A stretch of DNA of 64,000 nt from Podarcis muralis. Lineage: Eukaryota. The translations under genes were made by a program, and so were the position numbers. Location of the stretch: assembly GCF_964188315.1 (NCBI RefSeq), contig NC_135670.1, positions 40,238,001 through 40,302,000 of the forward strand, read 5' to 3'. The notes under the pieces are model-generated. The model was not told the origin of the DNA and made no database searches. It was given only the letters and a program-made list of their open reading frames with translations. Of the stretch, positions 13,872 to 27,010 are shown in pieces; the stretch's first letter is position 1; every line of letters starts with the position of its first letter.

Positions 13872-15578
13872 GTGTAAGAGAAGAGAGGCAGAGATTTCAC
13901 ACATGGCTGAATCCCAACCTGTTGCATTTGGGAAGTTGTAGGACTGCAACTTGCATCCTGCCTTCCCATTGGCCCATGGAGTAAGCTTGTTCGTTTATAG
14001 AAGCATTTATTATACTGCCATATCATTAAAGATCTTGGTGTACAACAAACGAAATACCATTTAAAAGTAATATAAATAATAATTAAAGTGGCTGGCTAAT
14101 TAATCAGTATGAAAAAGTCTCCAATAGAGGCCTGGAAGTCAAAGAAGCAAGGATGCCTCCTGCCACATCTCTGCATGAACCATGTTCCACAGCATGAGGC
14201 CAGCAGCACCAAATGCCCCACTTCCAGTTGAGGCCAGTCGGGCCTCTTTAACATGGAGGGCAACTAACAGCACTCCTCAAGATGATCTTGGTGATCCAGC
14301 AACTTCTGCAGGGCACCACGTTGGTCTAGCCAGTACGTACTTTAATGGGGTTGTTATAGTGTCTTGCCAGCCTGGGGCGAGCTGATGAGTGTGGCAGAAT
14401 CGCTCACCCACATTATAGAAGCCATTGTCTTCAGCTTTTTGGTACCAGCATGTTTTGCTTTAAGCCACACTTTGCCCCAGCCTGCCTCCCTGAAAAGCAG
14501 CATCATCAGGCCCAGTGTGTGGGGTGGGTCTGGTCCTGATCTCTAGTTGTATGCTCCCATCCCTCTGCAAAAAAAGCTATGGAAGATCAGCTTCAAATGG
14601 CTCCATAAACTGAAACGAAAAAGGAAAAGGAGGCTTTGGGGTGTTTATATGACAGCTGGTTACCTAGGAGTCCTAGTTTAGATCATTAAGTAGCCAACAC
14701 TCTGAAGGTATGTATAACTGAATTCTAATCACATTTTGAGGTAAAATATGTCCCTACAAGAAAGCACTCAGAGCTGCATTCTTGCTTTCCTCCCATTCTT
14801 TTTGTTTTGTTTTGTTTTGTTTCCTGCCTTTCTCCTTTGACCTATGCTTTTTTTGTCAAATATAACTCCTGGATCTGCAAAACAGTATTTACCTGCCACT
14901 GACCTCCCTTTTGGGAGCAGAGAGCTTACTGTTTCTTCGTGAGCCAGTGTGTAGGAAGAGTGGACTTTCCAGAGGCATCTGGCTGGTGACTGGGAGAGAA
15001 CTGGATGTGGGATGCAGAACTTTTAACAGTCTGCAACCCAAGCAAGCACATTTATTGCTGGTTAGCCAGTCAGGCCTTTTGCATACACAGGCAATGTGAT
15101 AGGTATTACGAAACACATGGAACCATAAGAGTATAATTAAAATGATACCATTACAGTAACTCAGTTACATATATTAACTTGTGATTTGGTGTCTTGGAGT
15201 CATGATCACAGCATCACCGTTTGCCTAGCAGTGGCTACTAGGCATGATGGCCAAATTTTCCCTCTGCTGCTGGAGGCAGCGATGCTTCAGAATACCAGTT
15301 TCTGGAAGCTGCAGAAGGAAGGAGGGCTCTTGTGGTCATGTTCTGGTTTCCCCCAGGCATCTGGTTGGCCGCTGGACTAGGAGGGCCATTGGCCTAAGGC
15401 AGCAGGCAATTCTTATGTCCTTATCTGCTTAATTTCACAGTACACAATAAATGGGAAGAAAGTTGAAGTTGCTGTCAAGCACGTTATCGCCGGGAAGGAA
15501 GTGGCTCAGCGGGGCATCTTCTCCAATCCAGAGACCCTGGACCTTTACCGAGACATTCCTGAGCTCCAGAACTTCTGA
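715..15578 (+). CDS. AACS: Acetoacetyl-CoA synthetase, last five coding exons (gene begins upstream of the window)
   Basis: Exons 715-840, 7566-7635, 8605-8663, 12449-12651, 15441-15578, all AG/GT bounded and phase-compatible. Joined translation [101 protein letters not shown]...[13 protein letters not shown]...[13 protein letters not shown] matches the vertebrate AACS C-terminus. Confidence 0.96.
2036..2069. repeat. (TAA)n run beside a short L2 3' remnant (about 1965-2030)
   Basis: Trinucleotide run. Confidence 0.85.
2417..2702. mobile_element. GC-rich MITE-like insertion
   Basis: Abrupt CpG-rich block in AT-rich intron; right end cttcctccgccactg; left terminus imperfect. Confidence 0.35.
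3069..3207. other. Assembly gap (139 N)
   Basis: Run of N. Confidence 0.99.
3750..6400 (-). mobile_element. Degenerate L1-clade LINE ORF2 (reverse transcriptase), interrupted by another L1 3' end
   Basis: Translations contain [44 protein letters not shown] and AYADD, with frameshifts and stops. Confidence 0.9.
11717..12088 (-). mobile_element. Sauria SINE, full length
   Basis: tRNA-derived head (gggacgcgggtggcgctgtgggttaaa on -), (ACCTTT)n tail, target duplication ctttaactacta. Confidence 0.9.
13268..13420 (-). mobile_element. Short tRNA-derived squamate SINE (Squam3-like)
   Basis: On -, A-box (gtagctcagggg) and B-box (ggttcaattctc) in a tRNA-like head with a short non-tRNA body. Confidence 0.6.
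13579..13731. mobile_element. MITE related to the 99-427 element
   Basis: Imperfect inverted termini gccgtgtacacac / gtgtgtatggagcc and a similar core. Confidence 0.45.
13811..13868. repeat. (AT)n microsatellite
   Basis: Perfect dinucleotide run. Confidence 0.97.
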
Positions 15579-16450
15579 AGGAACCTGCCTTTTCCCCATC
15601 TCTGTGTTTGTGTGTGCGCGTGTGTGCGTGTATGGTTTTGTACTGTGTATATAATATGTATATGGACGCTGTATGCAAAAGAAACTATTTAAGCAATGGT
15701 GTTTCTTTTGAAAAAGGAGAAACGCTGTTTTGATTTGCCAAGTGCTTCATGAAAAGGCTTCTGGAAGGGCAGCCCTGCAAATTTTGGTGTATCGGCGTTG
15801 CTTTCCTTCCAGCCTAGAAGATCTAGCTTGCCTCTTTTTAGATGCAGCTGGGTACAGAGACTTTTTAAATGATCTACACTAAAAAAATGTGTCTTCTAGT
15901 TTGAATTTTATCTTTTAAAATCGAGGAAATAGGGTGGTAGGCATATATACCATTTGATTATGGTTGGAGGTGGGGCACCTGAGATGCTGTTGGACTCCAA
16001 CTCCCATCAGCCTCAACCAGCATGGCTAATTGTCAGGGATTATAGGAATTGTAGTTCAGCAGCATCTGGAGGGCTGCATGTTCTCATTCCTGGTTATGGT
16101 TTAAAACTGCTCAAGATTCTAGGAAACTACTGGTGGCTTTTCAGTGGGAAGACTAGAAGACTATGGGCATGTTTCTCATGCTTGCCACTGTTCTTCACTT
16201 GAGGTTTTTTAGGCAATGGGGATGTTGAGTGTGATAGAAAGAGTGCATTCTCAGTGGTGATAGTGCCCAGTAGGCTTAGATAGCAGCATTCTGAAGAGCT
16301 GAGGGTGTTTTCCCTAGACCACATCCCCCAATCCTCAACAGGAGACGGGGGATTGATCTGTCACTGACAATTGCATGTGGGAAGCTTTCCCAGATGCAAG
16401 GAAGTGTTCACAGCAGCTGGATTCACTTTATTTTTACTTATTATTTTTTA

Positions 16451-16456
16451 AATAAA
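16451..16456 (+). terminator. Probable AACS polyadenylation signal (AATAAA)
   Basis: AATAAA about 870 nt after the stop, followed by T-rich sequence. Confidence 0.5.
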
Positions 16457-19400
16457 GAGATTGACTTCTGGCTCTGTGTTTAAAACTTTTTTTTATTTTT
16501 TAGAAATACCTCTTTTTAAGATTAGCTTTTAGGATTACTTTTGGACTTCTGCTTCCATCGGAACCAGCCAGAAAAACACCTGGAGGGCACCAGTTTGGCA
16601 AAGCCTGTTTTGGAACAGAGCACAGATTTGCTGCCACTGTTTGAAATAATACTTGACTTTCCTGCTAAAATATGAAAGGTTGCAGCCCTCATTTAGACAC
16701 ATCTTGCAACCAGTGGAACCGGCTAGCAGTGACTAGCAGATCGTTCCATCAGTTCCCCGGGACTTTGGGTTGGCACCAGGATTTCAATGCCTCATCTTCC
16801 CAGCCCTCAGTCTCTTTTGGAGAAAGGGGAGATGCTGGAATTAGAAGCATGACTATGCACTTAGTTTCATGAAACAGTTTTCCTGCTTTAAAATTTTATA
16901 CAGATCTGAAGAAAGCAGGTCAATGTGGTTTTCATGCACAACCCGTTGTGGATCCTGAGCGTGGAAGTAAACGGCAAAGTCACTGATCTTGTACATCCCC
17001 ATTTTTAACTGTGTGTGGGCTAAAGGAGGACATTGTCACCAGTGAAGGTCAGTGTGGTGCTCTCTGGATGCTGATGGATGCCAGCTCCCATCAGCCCAGC
17101 CTGCGTAGCCCAGTGGTCAAGGGTGATGGGCACTGTGGTCCTTGCAACACCTGGAGGGCATCGCATTGGCTCTTGAACCTTTTCTTCCACACTGCCAACA
17201 GCAATGGTAGCTTTGGCAGAACACATCCCATAGAGACTTTGGGTACTTAGCCCCCATTTGCCTGTGTTGGTTTACAAGTAGGGCCCAGGAAATTGGGTAT
17301 GTAAGCGGGAGAGTGCTGGCAGAACCTCTCTTCCATTAGCTGCTGGTGGACTTGGAAAGGAAGTTTGAGAGCCCTTTATCTTAAAATCAGGTCACAACCA
17401 CACCATCTGTTTAAATCACATGGCTTCCCCCAAAGAATTCTGGGAACTGTAGCTTTGCAGGGGGAGTATGTGAATGCTCCTGGGGTTACTTGAGCTGGAG
17501 AGAAGCCATGAGCTTGAAATGGTTGTGACCTCGGCTTTTGTGGGAGAAAACGAGAGAAGAGAAAAATAGGTGTGGAGAGTCCATGAGATTAAGGCTTAAT
17601 ACCAGGGCCAGAAGAGAAGCCCCTTTGTGGGCTGGATTGAGTATACAGGCTGCCGGCTGCCTATCCTGTGTCCCAGAAACGCTCAAGACCTTTGTGTTTG
17701 GTGGCCAATATGAGTAACTTCCTTTCTTTAAAATAATAACCCTACCGTGTGATCTTTTGGGGGCGTGAGGGGGGGAGGTGGAAGGAACTGTTTCTTGGTG
17801 CTTTGTAAAGGGATTTCCCCCCTAATAAAACAAATTGTTACTTGTGTATGGAAAACAACTAAACAGATTTTTTATGGTCCATTGTGTTTTTCATAATGGA
17901 AGATGTAGTTGTGTGAACTCTGCGAGAAGGAAAGGTTTGGTGCTTCAAAAACTCCTGCGTTATTTGGAATGATTGGTGAACAAATTCTGTCTTGGATCCC
18001 TCCCCCCTTTTTAAAATCACGTTGAGTGATCTCAGTGATGCTTTAAGGAATTTAAACTTAATAAAACTGCAGAATAAATTCTCATCTTTATTGTGGAGTG
18101 AATTTATCATACTTTGTAAGGAGCAGAGGTCAGTAAATCCTCCCTTCTTCCCTCCTCTTCAGCTTCTCCACACTGCTGCTTCTCCTAGTCCAGGCAGGGG
18201 GGGGGTTGTAGCCTGGGGGCCACATTCCCTCCTGGACAGCCTTCTGAGGGCCATGTGCTGTGGTGGGTGGGGCCAGTCAAAAGTGGGCGGAGCAAGAAAC
18301 GTAAATGTTGCCCCATACAGTAGGCCAGTTTCTCCACACACTCAAAGCTCCCTTCTCTGTCCTCCATGTAGGCGATTCTCTCCGTTCCGTGCCCACCACA
18401 CATTCAGAGGCCCCCGGAAGCAGGCATTGCATCATCCTTGCCGAAGGAAAAGAGGTTTCATCACAGAGCCTTGAGAAGGGGGGCAAAAGTGAGGCTGCAT
18501 CATAAACTGGGCTGCTGTCCCTTACAGGGATCAGATCTGCAACCTTGACATGATCAGCACCACACTGTAACCAAACGAGCAAGTGCTCTTTATTGGGCAT
18601 GATTTGTCAGGGTGGTTATACATGACTCTGCTTTCAGTAACGCTGGCACATGCAAACGCTTTGGGGCAGGCATATGGCTTCATTTCCAATCAGTGCGTGT
18701 CCCATAACTTCCTCCTGAAATTCTGTATCTTTTCAGAGCATACATATTCTGAGGTTGCTTTATTTGTGTGTGTCCTGATGTTGTTGCCTCTCCAGACCCC
18801 AGTAACACTGCAGCAGTATCACAGAACAACTAATAAAATGGAATAATTTGCACACTCTCCTGCTTAAATCCAGCACTCGTGCATTATTTTTGCTGCACAG
18901 CACCCCCACAAAAATCACCAGTCTGGAAAAACCCTAATATTGCAAATAAAGACACCATAAGTCCGTGTGGGGCTGCTGTCATTTAATTTCAAAGGTGAGA
19001 TACCTTTGCAATGTGATGGCAGTTGTGGGGAGTCCTACTGCTCAGGAAAAAAGGAGTAGATTCAGTTTTGACAATGTCCCTTCTATATTTTCTAATTTAT
19101 GCATGTAAGACTGCAGGTTTTGTTGGAAGTTGATCAATGCCATTTTATTATAAAATCAATAAAATATTCTAAAAAGAGAGCGGTGCTGAGTACACCCCTG
19201 GTCCATGCAAATGGTATTCCTGCCTGGGGCATCCACAGTACTGGTCTCATCTCACCTGCACCGCCACAAAGCTGCCCATGACCAAGTTCCTCCAAAGCCT
19301 TGCGCCCCCAGCTCCTTCTCCGGCATTCTTAAGCGTACATGTATTCATCATTCATGCAAAATGGCTGGCACTTACAAAGCACTGTGATCTTTATTAATTA

Positions 19401-19574
19401 GCAAATATGGAATAGTACATTAATTTGGTAGTTTGTTAAGAGTCATTGGGAATTGTAGCTCTGCTTGGGGTAAACTTTACTGCCCAGAATTCTTTCAGGG
19501 AAAGAATGTACTTTGAATATTCTTTAAAGGCATCATGGGTCCATAGCCTAGGGGTGTAGGGGGGGGGATTCAGC

Positions 19575-19943
19575 ACTGCTTCCAGTCCCGCGGGGCGGGG
19601 GCGGGCGGACTCCGCCCTGGACGAGGGAAGGCGGCTCCCCGGAGGAGGAGGCGGCGAGGGCGGCCGGAGCCCCGCTGGGAGGAAGGGCCAGGCAGCCGGC
19701 CGGGCGGGGGCGCGGGGCCAGCGGAGAGTCTTTGCCGACGGGGACCTGGCGGATTTCTGCCTGCCTGCCGGCCGGCCGCCCCCTTCTGCTCGCCTCCGCT
19801 CTCTCGGAGGATTGCAGCGGCCCAGCCGGGATGCGCAGAGACTTTTCTCGCAGGTTTTCCCGAGGGTTTTGTTTTTCTGTCCTGAGCCTGCTCACCTGGA
19901 AGCAGCTGGGGAAATTTAGGCTTGGCTGACAGCTTGCAAAAAG
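19575..19943 (+). promoter_or_regulatory. B3GNT4: CpG-island promoter and non-coding first exon of B3GNT4
   Basis: GC/CpG-rich block with GC boxes (ggggcggggg), ending at donor AAG|GTAACA at 19943/19944. The coding exon has an acceptor (tttgtcatgtag|) at 21964/21965. Confidence 0.7.
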
Positions 19944-21991
19944 GTAACACTGATTTATCATTTTATTTATTTCTTATAAAAATACATCATGAAAAATTTA
20001 AAACAAGTTAAAAACAAAAGGAAATTAAAAACAGACACCAGTAGCCCATGCTTGGAGTCATCTGTATAGGCCTGGCAGAAAAGTTTTCAGCAGGTGTTTA
20101 AAAGTTGGCACAGGAGGTGCCTGCTGACTCTCCAGTGACAGAGAGTTCCACAGGACTGGGCCAATGACACTTCCATATGGATTGCTGTACTGGGCAGTCT
20201 AAAAGAGACAAGGCTTCATGACAGCAGGGCATGTAGTACAGCACAGTCTCCAGGGAAGGAGCGCCAGACCTTTATTTAGAAGTATGTGAGCCAGGATTGG
20301 CGATGAGGCATCACACTTTGTAGTTACTTGCACAAAAATGAACTTTTGGGTGGAGGTGATGGTGGGGCATCTCATGGGGCAGAAGTGTGCACACTTCTGT
20401 ATTAAAGCTTAATAAGCAACTAGGAACCACATTCAGCCACAGGGTTTTGAAGTCAGGCTTGCCTCTTTTTTAACCAGAGTAGGCCACCACACAAGAACCC
20501 TGGTTTCCTGCCCAGGTGCTAGATCAGCCGGCCAATGCCCCTTTAGGTGGCACTCAGGCAATCCCTGCTCTTTGTTGCTAATAGTCAACTGCTTGTAAAC
20601 GATGCTAATTGAGACTTCCTTTGGCTGTTGGGAGCAGCTCCATGGACCACCTGGTTTCACAATGAGACTCTTGTGTGGTCCACAGCAGCTGGTCTGTGTG
20701 GTTGAACTTGCACCATGACAGCTGGGGGAAGGAGCTCTTCTGCTCTGCACCCAGAAAACTCAAAACCTGAAGATCTGTAACTGCCTCTTGCTTATTTTCA
20801 TCATTTTTCTTTTCCATCAGTTTCTTCGACCAACTGGCAACTTGGAGGCATCTGTGTCAGTTTGCATCAGCAAGTGTTTAGGTAGCTGGGCAGCCACTTG
20901 CCTTTATTCTGATGCTCTTGGGGCAGAAATAGTTAGAGAAATGTTAGCTAAGGAGAAAAGAACATAGTTGTGTGGTGACTGAGGGAGGGGGTAAGTGAGT
21001 GCAGATTATAGGAGCAGAACTAGGAGCTTGCGTGTGCCTGAGAGAGGGATTCTGATCCAGAGCTTCATGTCTTTTGCAGTACACAGATGGAGCTCTTGTG
21101 CAAGTAAGCTTTGCCACTGATTTTACTTGCAAGGCACAGCTCCATGTGGGCCATGGAAGGTGTGTATTACACTAGGTATTACACTATGGTGAAATCATAG
21201 GTATAACCTCACTTGCACGTAACACCGTTTGTGAATTGGATTCCGCTCCATCCCACTAAGAGTCCTAGTTTTGAGCCAAATGCCTCTATGTCTTCAGTTG
21301 TGTCTTTTTACAGTCATGAGAACTACTCATTTGCTTTTTGTGTGTCTGGTGGGTTGCAATGAAAGTGGCAGTTCTTGGAATCTGATGCCTGCGTGGAGCT
21401 AGTCATGTTGGCTCACCCAAAATGAATGCCCCGCTTAGGGTAGAAACACTGAGAAATTATGTCCTGGTAAAAACAATAGCAAGGGCCTCAGGAAGACAAT
21501 TTACAAGGATGCTGAGGTAATAAGCAGGTCTGCAGTATTTAATTGATTAATCTAACCAATTAAAAAAACCCTTTGATTACATAGTGCTCTTTGATTAATC
21601 TGTAGCAGATTTGACATACGCATAATCTTAACAATATGAAGTACTCATAAAACTGAATTTGGCAACTACTGTTTCCCTCTCTTCAGCAAGGAACTGTGTT
21701 GTTGCTTCAGCATTATTTTTGCTCAGATTCAGATTTGTTCAATTAATTTGCTGAAACTCATACTATTTATTTGCTAAGATTTCTTTAATTGGGTTGACAG
21801 CCCAAGTAATCGGGTGTGGGGTTGTGTGATTTTATCAAGGTAGTAGGAATCCCACCTGTGCTCATAGTATTTCAAACAGAACAGATTTTGTGCTCACTTG
21901 CTTAACTTAATACAGAGCACATGGAAAAGTAACCTCACAGTTGTCCTCCACCTTTGTCATGTAGGGGTTCAGTTCTCCGACATTGGTTGAG

Positions 21992-23074
21992 ATGCAGACC
22001 AGGATGAGAAGATTCTCGGTGTACATCTTACCAGCTCTATTACTTGCATGCTTGGTCTACTTAAGGAGAGATGCCAAGCTGGTGGCGTCTTTGGCAAACA
22101 GAGAACTGCGCAGGCCAAACGTAAGCGTTCCCAAGCTGGTGAAATCAAGCAAATGCTTGCCAGACATGATGGTCGCGAATTCCTTTCCCTCCCTCCCTGA
22201 GGTTCACCGTGTTTTCTTAACCTATAAACACTGCCGGAATTTCTCGACATTGCTGAAGCCCTCCAGATGTGCTGCAGAGACCTTCCTCCTGCTAGCAATC
22301 AAGTCCACCCCTGTGAACATAGACCGCCGCGCAGCCATCAGGAGCACCTGGGGGAAGGAGGCCATTATTGGTGGGAAATTGGTGAGGCTCCTGTTCTTGC
22401 TGGGCCGCTCAGAGATCAAAGTTCAGGCTCACTCCCTCCACCAGCTTTTGGCCTATGAAAACCTGGAGTTTGACGATATCCTCCAGTGGGATTTTGTTGA
22501 TAACTTCTTCAACCTGACACTAAAGGAGCTGCATTTCCTTCGGTGGGTGGCAGAGGACTGCCCCCATGCCTGCTTTGTGTTGAAGGGCGATGATGATGTC
22601 TTTGTGAACACCTACAACATTGTAGAGTTCCTTGAGCATCTGGACCCTGACAAATACCTTTTTGCTGGGGATGTCATCAGCAAAGCCCGGCCAATCAGGA
22701 ACACCAACACCAAGTATTTCATCCCAGAGTCAATGTATCCGGCATCCTTCTATCCACACTATGCTGGTGGCGGCGGCTATGTCATGTCACGGCTGATGGT
22801 GCAGCAGCTGCAGGTGGCGGTTGAGGACACTGAGTTGTTCCCAATAGACGATGTCTTTGTTGGGATGTGCTTGGCCAAAATGGGGATCATCCCAATGCAC
22901 CATCCTGGCTTTAAGACCTTTGGAATCCAGAGGCCCTTTAATCCCTTTGATCCCTGCCTGTACAAAGAACTGATGATTATACACAAACTGAACCCAACGG
23001 AGCTGTGGGTCATGTGGACGTTGCTGAAAGACGACAACCTCCGATGTGCCACGTCAGTAACTCAGAAACTATAG
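21992..23074 (+). CDS. B3GNT4: Beta-1,3-N-acetylglucosaminyltransferase 4 (GT31 family), single coding exon, 360 aa
   Basis: Intact ORF with an N-terminal signal anchor and the motifs [40 protein letters not shown] and [10 protein letters not shown]. Adjacent to DIABLO and VPS33A, as in human. Confidence 0.93.
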   Translation: MQTRMRRFSVYILPALLLACLVYLRRDAKLVASLANRELRRPNVSVPKLVKSSKCLPDMMVANSFPSLPEVHRVFLTYKHCRNFSTLLKPSRCAAETFLLLAIKSTPVNIDRRAAIRSTWGKEAIIGGKLVRLLFLLGRSEIKVQAHSLHQLLAYENLEFDDILQWDFVDNFFNLTLKELHFLRWVAEDCPHACFVLKGDDDVFVNTYNIVEFLEHLDPDKYLFAGDVISKARPIRNTNTKYFIPESMYPASFYPHYAGGGGYVMSRLMVQQLQVAVEDTELFPIDDVFVGMCLAKMGIIPMHHPGFKTFGIQRPFNPFDPCLYKELMIIHKLNPTELWVMWTLLKDDNLRCATSVTQKL

Positions 23075-24021
23075 GATAGATTAGGATGTGTCTGGTGCAG
23101 TAAAACTACCAGACTGAGACTTTGATAGGAGCTGGCTTAAATTGATATAAACAGATATCTTTCCTTTTTTTTTTAAGATTATTTATGGTAGAATAATTTT
23201 ATTGCACTGATTTCCCACCCCCGAAATTGTTTACAGATGTCCTCAAAAGTTAGCAACCTGCCATGCCCAGAGGCAGCTGCGGAGGAGGAGGGGGGGGAGG
23301 GTTTGCTTTCATGCTTTTCCTGGTAGCATCTTCTCCCTGGTACTGGAGTAAATGGCTGTGGCCAGGCTCTCCCTGCATCCTAAAATAAAGTCGTCTCTTG
23401 TTTCTGTTTCTTTGGTTACCTGCTGCACCAGCTTCACCTTGACTGGAAGTACTCATCAGGAGTACATTGGTTCATAAAGAGAAAAAACTTCAACTTGAGA
23501 GAAAACATTAAAAAATCGTATTTTCTCTGTTGAAGCACTACGGTCAAAGGTCAAGCAACCAGTGTAATACTTTTGGCAGTCTTTGTAAATGTCTCACTAG
23601 CGAATATGTGAAGTCTCAAATATTCTGGGGGATTGTTGATTGCAGGATGTGGTCTGAGGGCACACAAAATGGAGCTACGCAGGTTCAGTCTGTTCAGTGC
23701 CTGATAAGGCTATCAAAGACTACCAGCCATAATGACTATGTTCTTCCACTACTGTCAGAGGAAACGTCCCTCTCAGCACCAGTTGCTGGTACTTTCAGAT
23801 GAGGAGACTGCTATGATACGCAGGTTCTACTCATGGGCTTCCCAGAAGAGCAGGATGCTGACCACTGGCCTGGTCCAGTAGACTCTTTTTATAAGCAGAG
23901 AGCACCAGTGGATACCCTGGGTTACATGATGGTGAAAGGCAGGGGTTTTTTTTTAACAGAAAAGGCACAACTAATAACATTCCCCATCAGACCATCCCCA
24001 TGTCTCCTCTACACAGGTTTA

Positions 24022-24354
24022 AAAGGTAAAGGTACCCCTGCCCGTACGGGCCAGTCTTGACAGACTCTGAGGCCGGGGGCCAGCGCTGTCCGGAGACACT
24101 TCCGGGTCACGTGGCCAGCGTGACATCGCTGCTCTGGCGAGCCAGAGCCGCACACGGAAACGCCGTTTACCTTCCCGCTGGTAAGCGGTCCCTATTTATC
24201 TACTTGCACCCGGGGGTGCTTTCGAACTGCTAGGTTGGCAGGCGCTGGGACCGAGCAACGGGAGCGCACCCCGCCGCGGGGATTCAAACCGCCGACCTTT
24301 CAATCGGCAAGCCCTAGGCGCTGAGGCTTTTACCCACAGCGCCACCCGCGTCCC
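24022..24354 (-). mobile_element. Sauria SINE, same subfamily as 11717, with a short internal deletion
   Basis: High identity to the 11717 copy; 13-bp target duplication ctacacaggttta at 24009-24021 and 24355-24367. Confidence 0.9.
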
Positions 24355-27010
24355 CTACACAGGTTTAGATCAGTTTAAAACATGTTTAATAATTTTCATG
24401 GCTTCCAGACGAGGGATGAGCTTGTAAAAGTACAAATCCCATAATTCTCAGGGAGAGAGGACCCACAACAGCTAAACTTGTTAAAATGTGTAGTGTTGCT
24501 AGACCATTGGAGTCTCCTACAGTAGCAAGCCACCTTGGCCTTGGCATAAAGTCCAGGGGTATTTTGAGCTGTTCTTCAAACTCAGGTGCTTCTCTTCCCA
24601 ATTTGAGGGCCCTCCAGATGTTTGCACTTCATTAGCAGTAGACAGGGGTCAAGGAAGATGGGGTTGTACTTAAGCATCTGGAGGAAGGAAGGTGCAGAGT
24701 GCTTCACTAGGCCTGGGTCACTGGACTCTGAAGATAGAAACCCCGAATTGTCTTTTACGGTAACCTCTGTATTAACCTAAGGGGTAAGTCACTGTGCTGT
24801 AACAAAATACATGTTGCACAATATATTCATGCCTAACCAAGAGCCATAATATGTCTTCATGGTTTTCATGTTTCAGTAGTCATTTTTCTCACTGGAATTT
24901 GGGCAGGAAAAGTACTGTGTGTTGGGGATGGAACTGCAAATAACCCTGGCTTGCTTCGTTTCCTTCCCTTTCACACCAATGCTGAATTATTTGGAAGAAT
25001 AGGGGTTGAACTCCCATGTGACAACAGAGAATAATGGATAGAAGAAATGTCTATGCAGCATTTAAAATTAAAGATTGCAGGGAGACGGGGAATAGAAAGT
25101 GGGCAATGCAGCTGATCACCTGCATGTGTGAAGTGTCTCCAGGTGACCAGCTGGTGGGGGGGGGGGGGGAGATGTTAATAAATAGGAAAACCGTTTTTTC
25201 TTCTTCTCCCCTTCACCCATTTTTTAGTCTTGTCAGCTCCATAAATTTACATAAATAGGGTAAGTGAACAGGCTAGTAAAGATGTTAATGGGCAGGTAAC
25301 TTTCCTGGGCTTAGTTGTAAGGGTGATGTGCATTACAAGCACACATAGACACATCTTTTCATATTATTGTTGTTGAAATTAAAATCCTAGTTCAAATTTC
25401 TGTATTGATTTTTAAAAATTATTATTATGCAATGTCATCAGCAAGGTTGGATTCTCCCCTCCTTACATTTTCTCAAGCTGCATCTTTTGCATTCCCCTCT
25501 CCTGAAAATCTCTGGGCCTTCCATGCTGCAGTTTTTGTTTTGATGGACTGCCTTGTCGTCTCCCAAAAAGCATCATGCATTGTCAAACAGCAGAAATCCA
25601 AATCATTGCAGACAAGGCCCACAAGTCCCGGCTGTTCCTTTTAGCATACCTTTCCTGTATTTTAAAAAAAGAACTGTGACTACTTTCTTTTCTGATGCAA
25701 TCTGATTTATGCTTCCCTAAAGTTGGGAGCTGGTGGCTGGAGAATAGAACATTAAATTTCGTTTGCAATCTATGAGAACGGTGTCTTTCTTGGGGAGGCA
25801 TAGATGTGTTATTATTTTTGCAATTAGTGTGTTCATGCAGGGCTGTAATTGATAGCAAGGGGCATTCAATTATGGTGGTATGAAGAGGAGATGAAAGGAC
25901 ACTTGTGGTGTGTCTCTTGAGCCATGATGCGTGCAGCAGTGAGAAGTGAATGTTTGTGTGCAACAGTTCCATCTGACCACAGGAAGTGATTTGCCTTTAC
26001 AAAAAGCCTAGCCCACCTTTCTTTCGCATTACCTGGCTCACATAGCATTCCAAAGGGTTCTCTTCACTTTGTGTTTGAGCAAGATAAAACCCACCTCTAT
26101 ATGTCATAAGCTCCAAGCTATATAGAGGTATATTTGGTTTGAAACACAGTTTTTGTTGGAGTTAGATTAAATGCACTTATGAGTAAGTCATATTGAATGT
26201 GCAAGATTGCACTGAAAATTTGAATGACTTGTCTCGAAAGGTGCCTTTTAGTAGTGTGACAGATGCTGCACAACCTATTCTCCCGATCCCCTTTTGAATT
26301 TTTTTACTCCATAATGTTAGGACAAGAGATTATTCCCATTGCTGGGTGCAGCTATCTGAACTGAATGATTAAATTACTGTTGGTGGTGGTGGTTGTGTAA
26401 TAGTGGTGGTGGTAATGAGACACCCTTGTGTGACTTCAGCTACTGTGTGCTACCTGTGCCATATTGGGACTATTGTCTGCATAGTCCACTTTTGAGAATC
26501 TGCCTTTAGCTACAGTTAAAAGAAGTCCCACTAACTTTTATTTTTAAAAAGAGGTTGCTAAAGTTCACATAATTAGGGGGGAGCATATACACACACAAGT
26601 GACATTTATCTTTTAAACTGACTTTCTGGCAACTTACTTGTGAAATTTCAGGTGCAATAATAGTTGGCATGACTTCATTTCCTTTACAACCCAAGTAAAT
26701 ATTTTCAAAGAAAAAACCCAACCCTTTTGAAATTGAAGGTACAATTAGCTCCAGGCTTTTGAGAGTTTGAGGACCTGTTACTGAATCATCTTCATTAGCC
26801 ATTCTAACAATAGATCCCCACAGCCAAGAAAGGACCCCTCAGCTGGCTACTTTCACATTTGCATAGTTGATTTAAATAGAAACACTTTCCCACAAATCAG
26901 AAATACAACTTCCAATGTCCAAGACCTGCAGCTAACAAGGTTGGTATTTAAACTTAGTGCCTCCTTCCCCCATCAAAGTTGGGGGCAAAATCCTCAAGGC
27001 TAGCAACACT

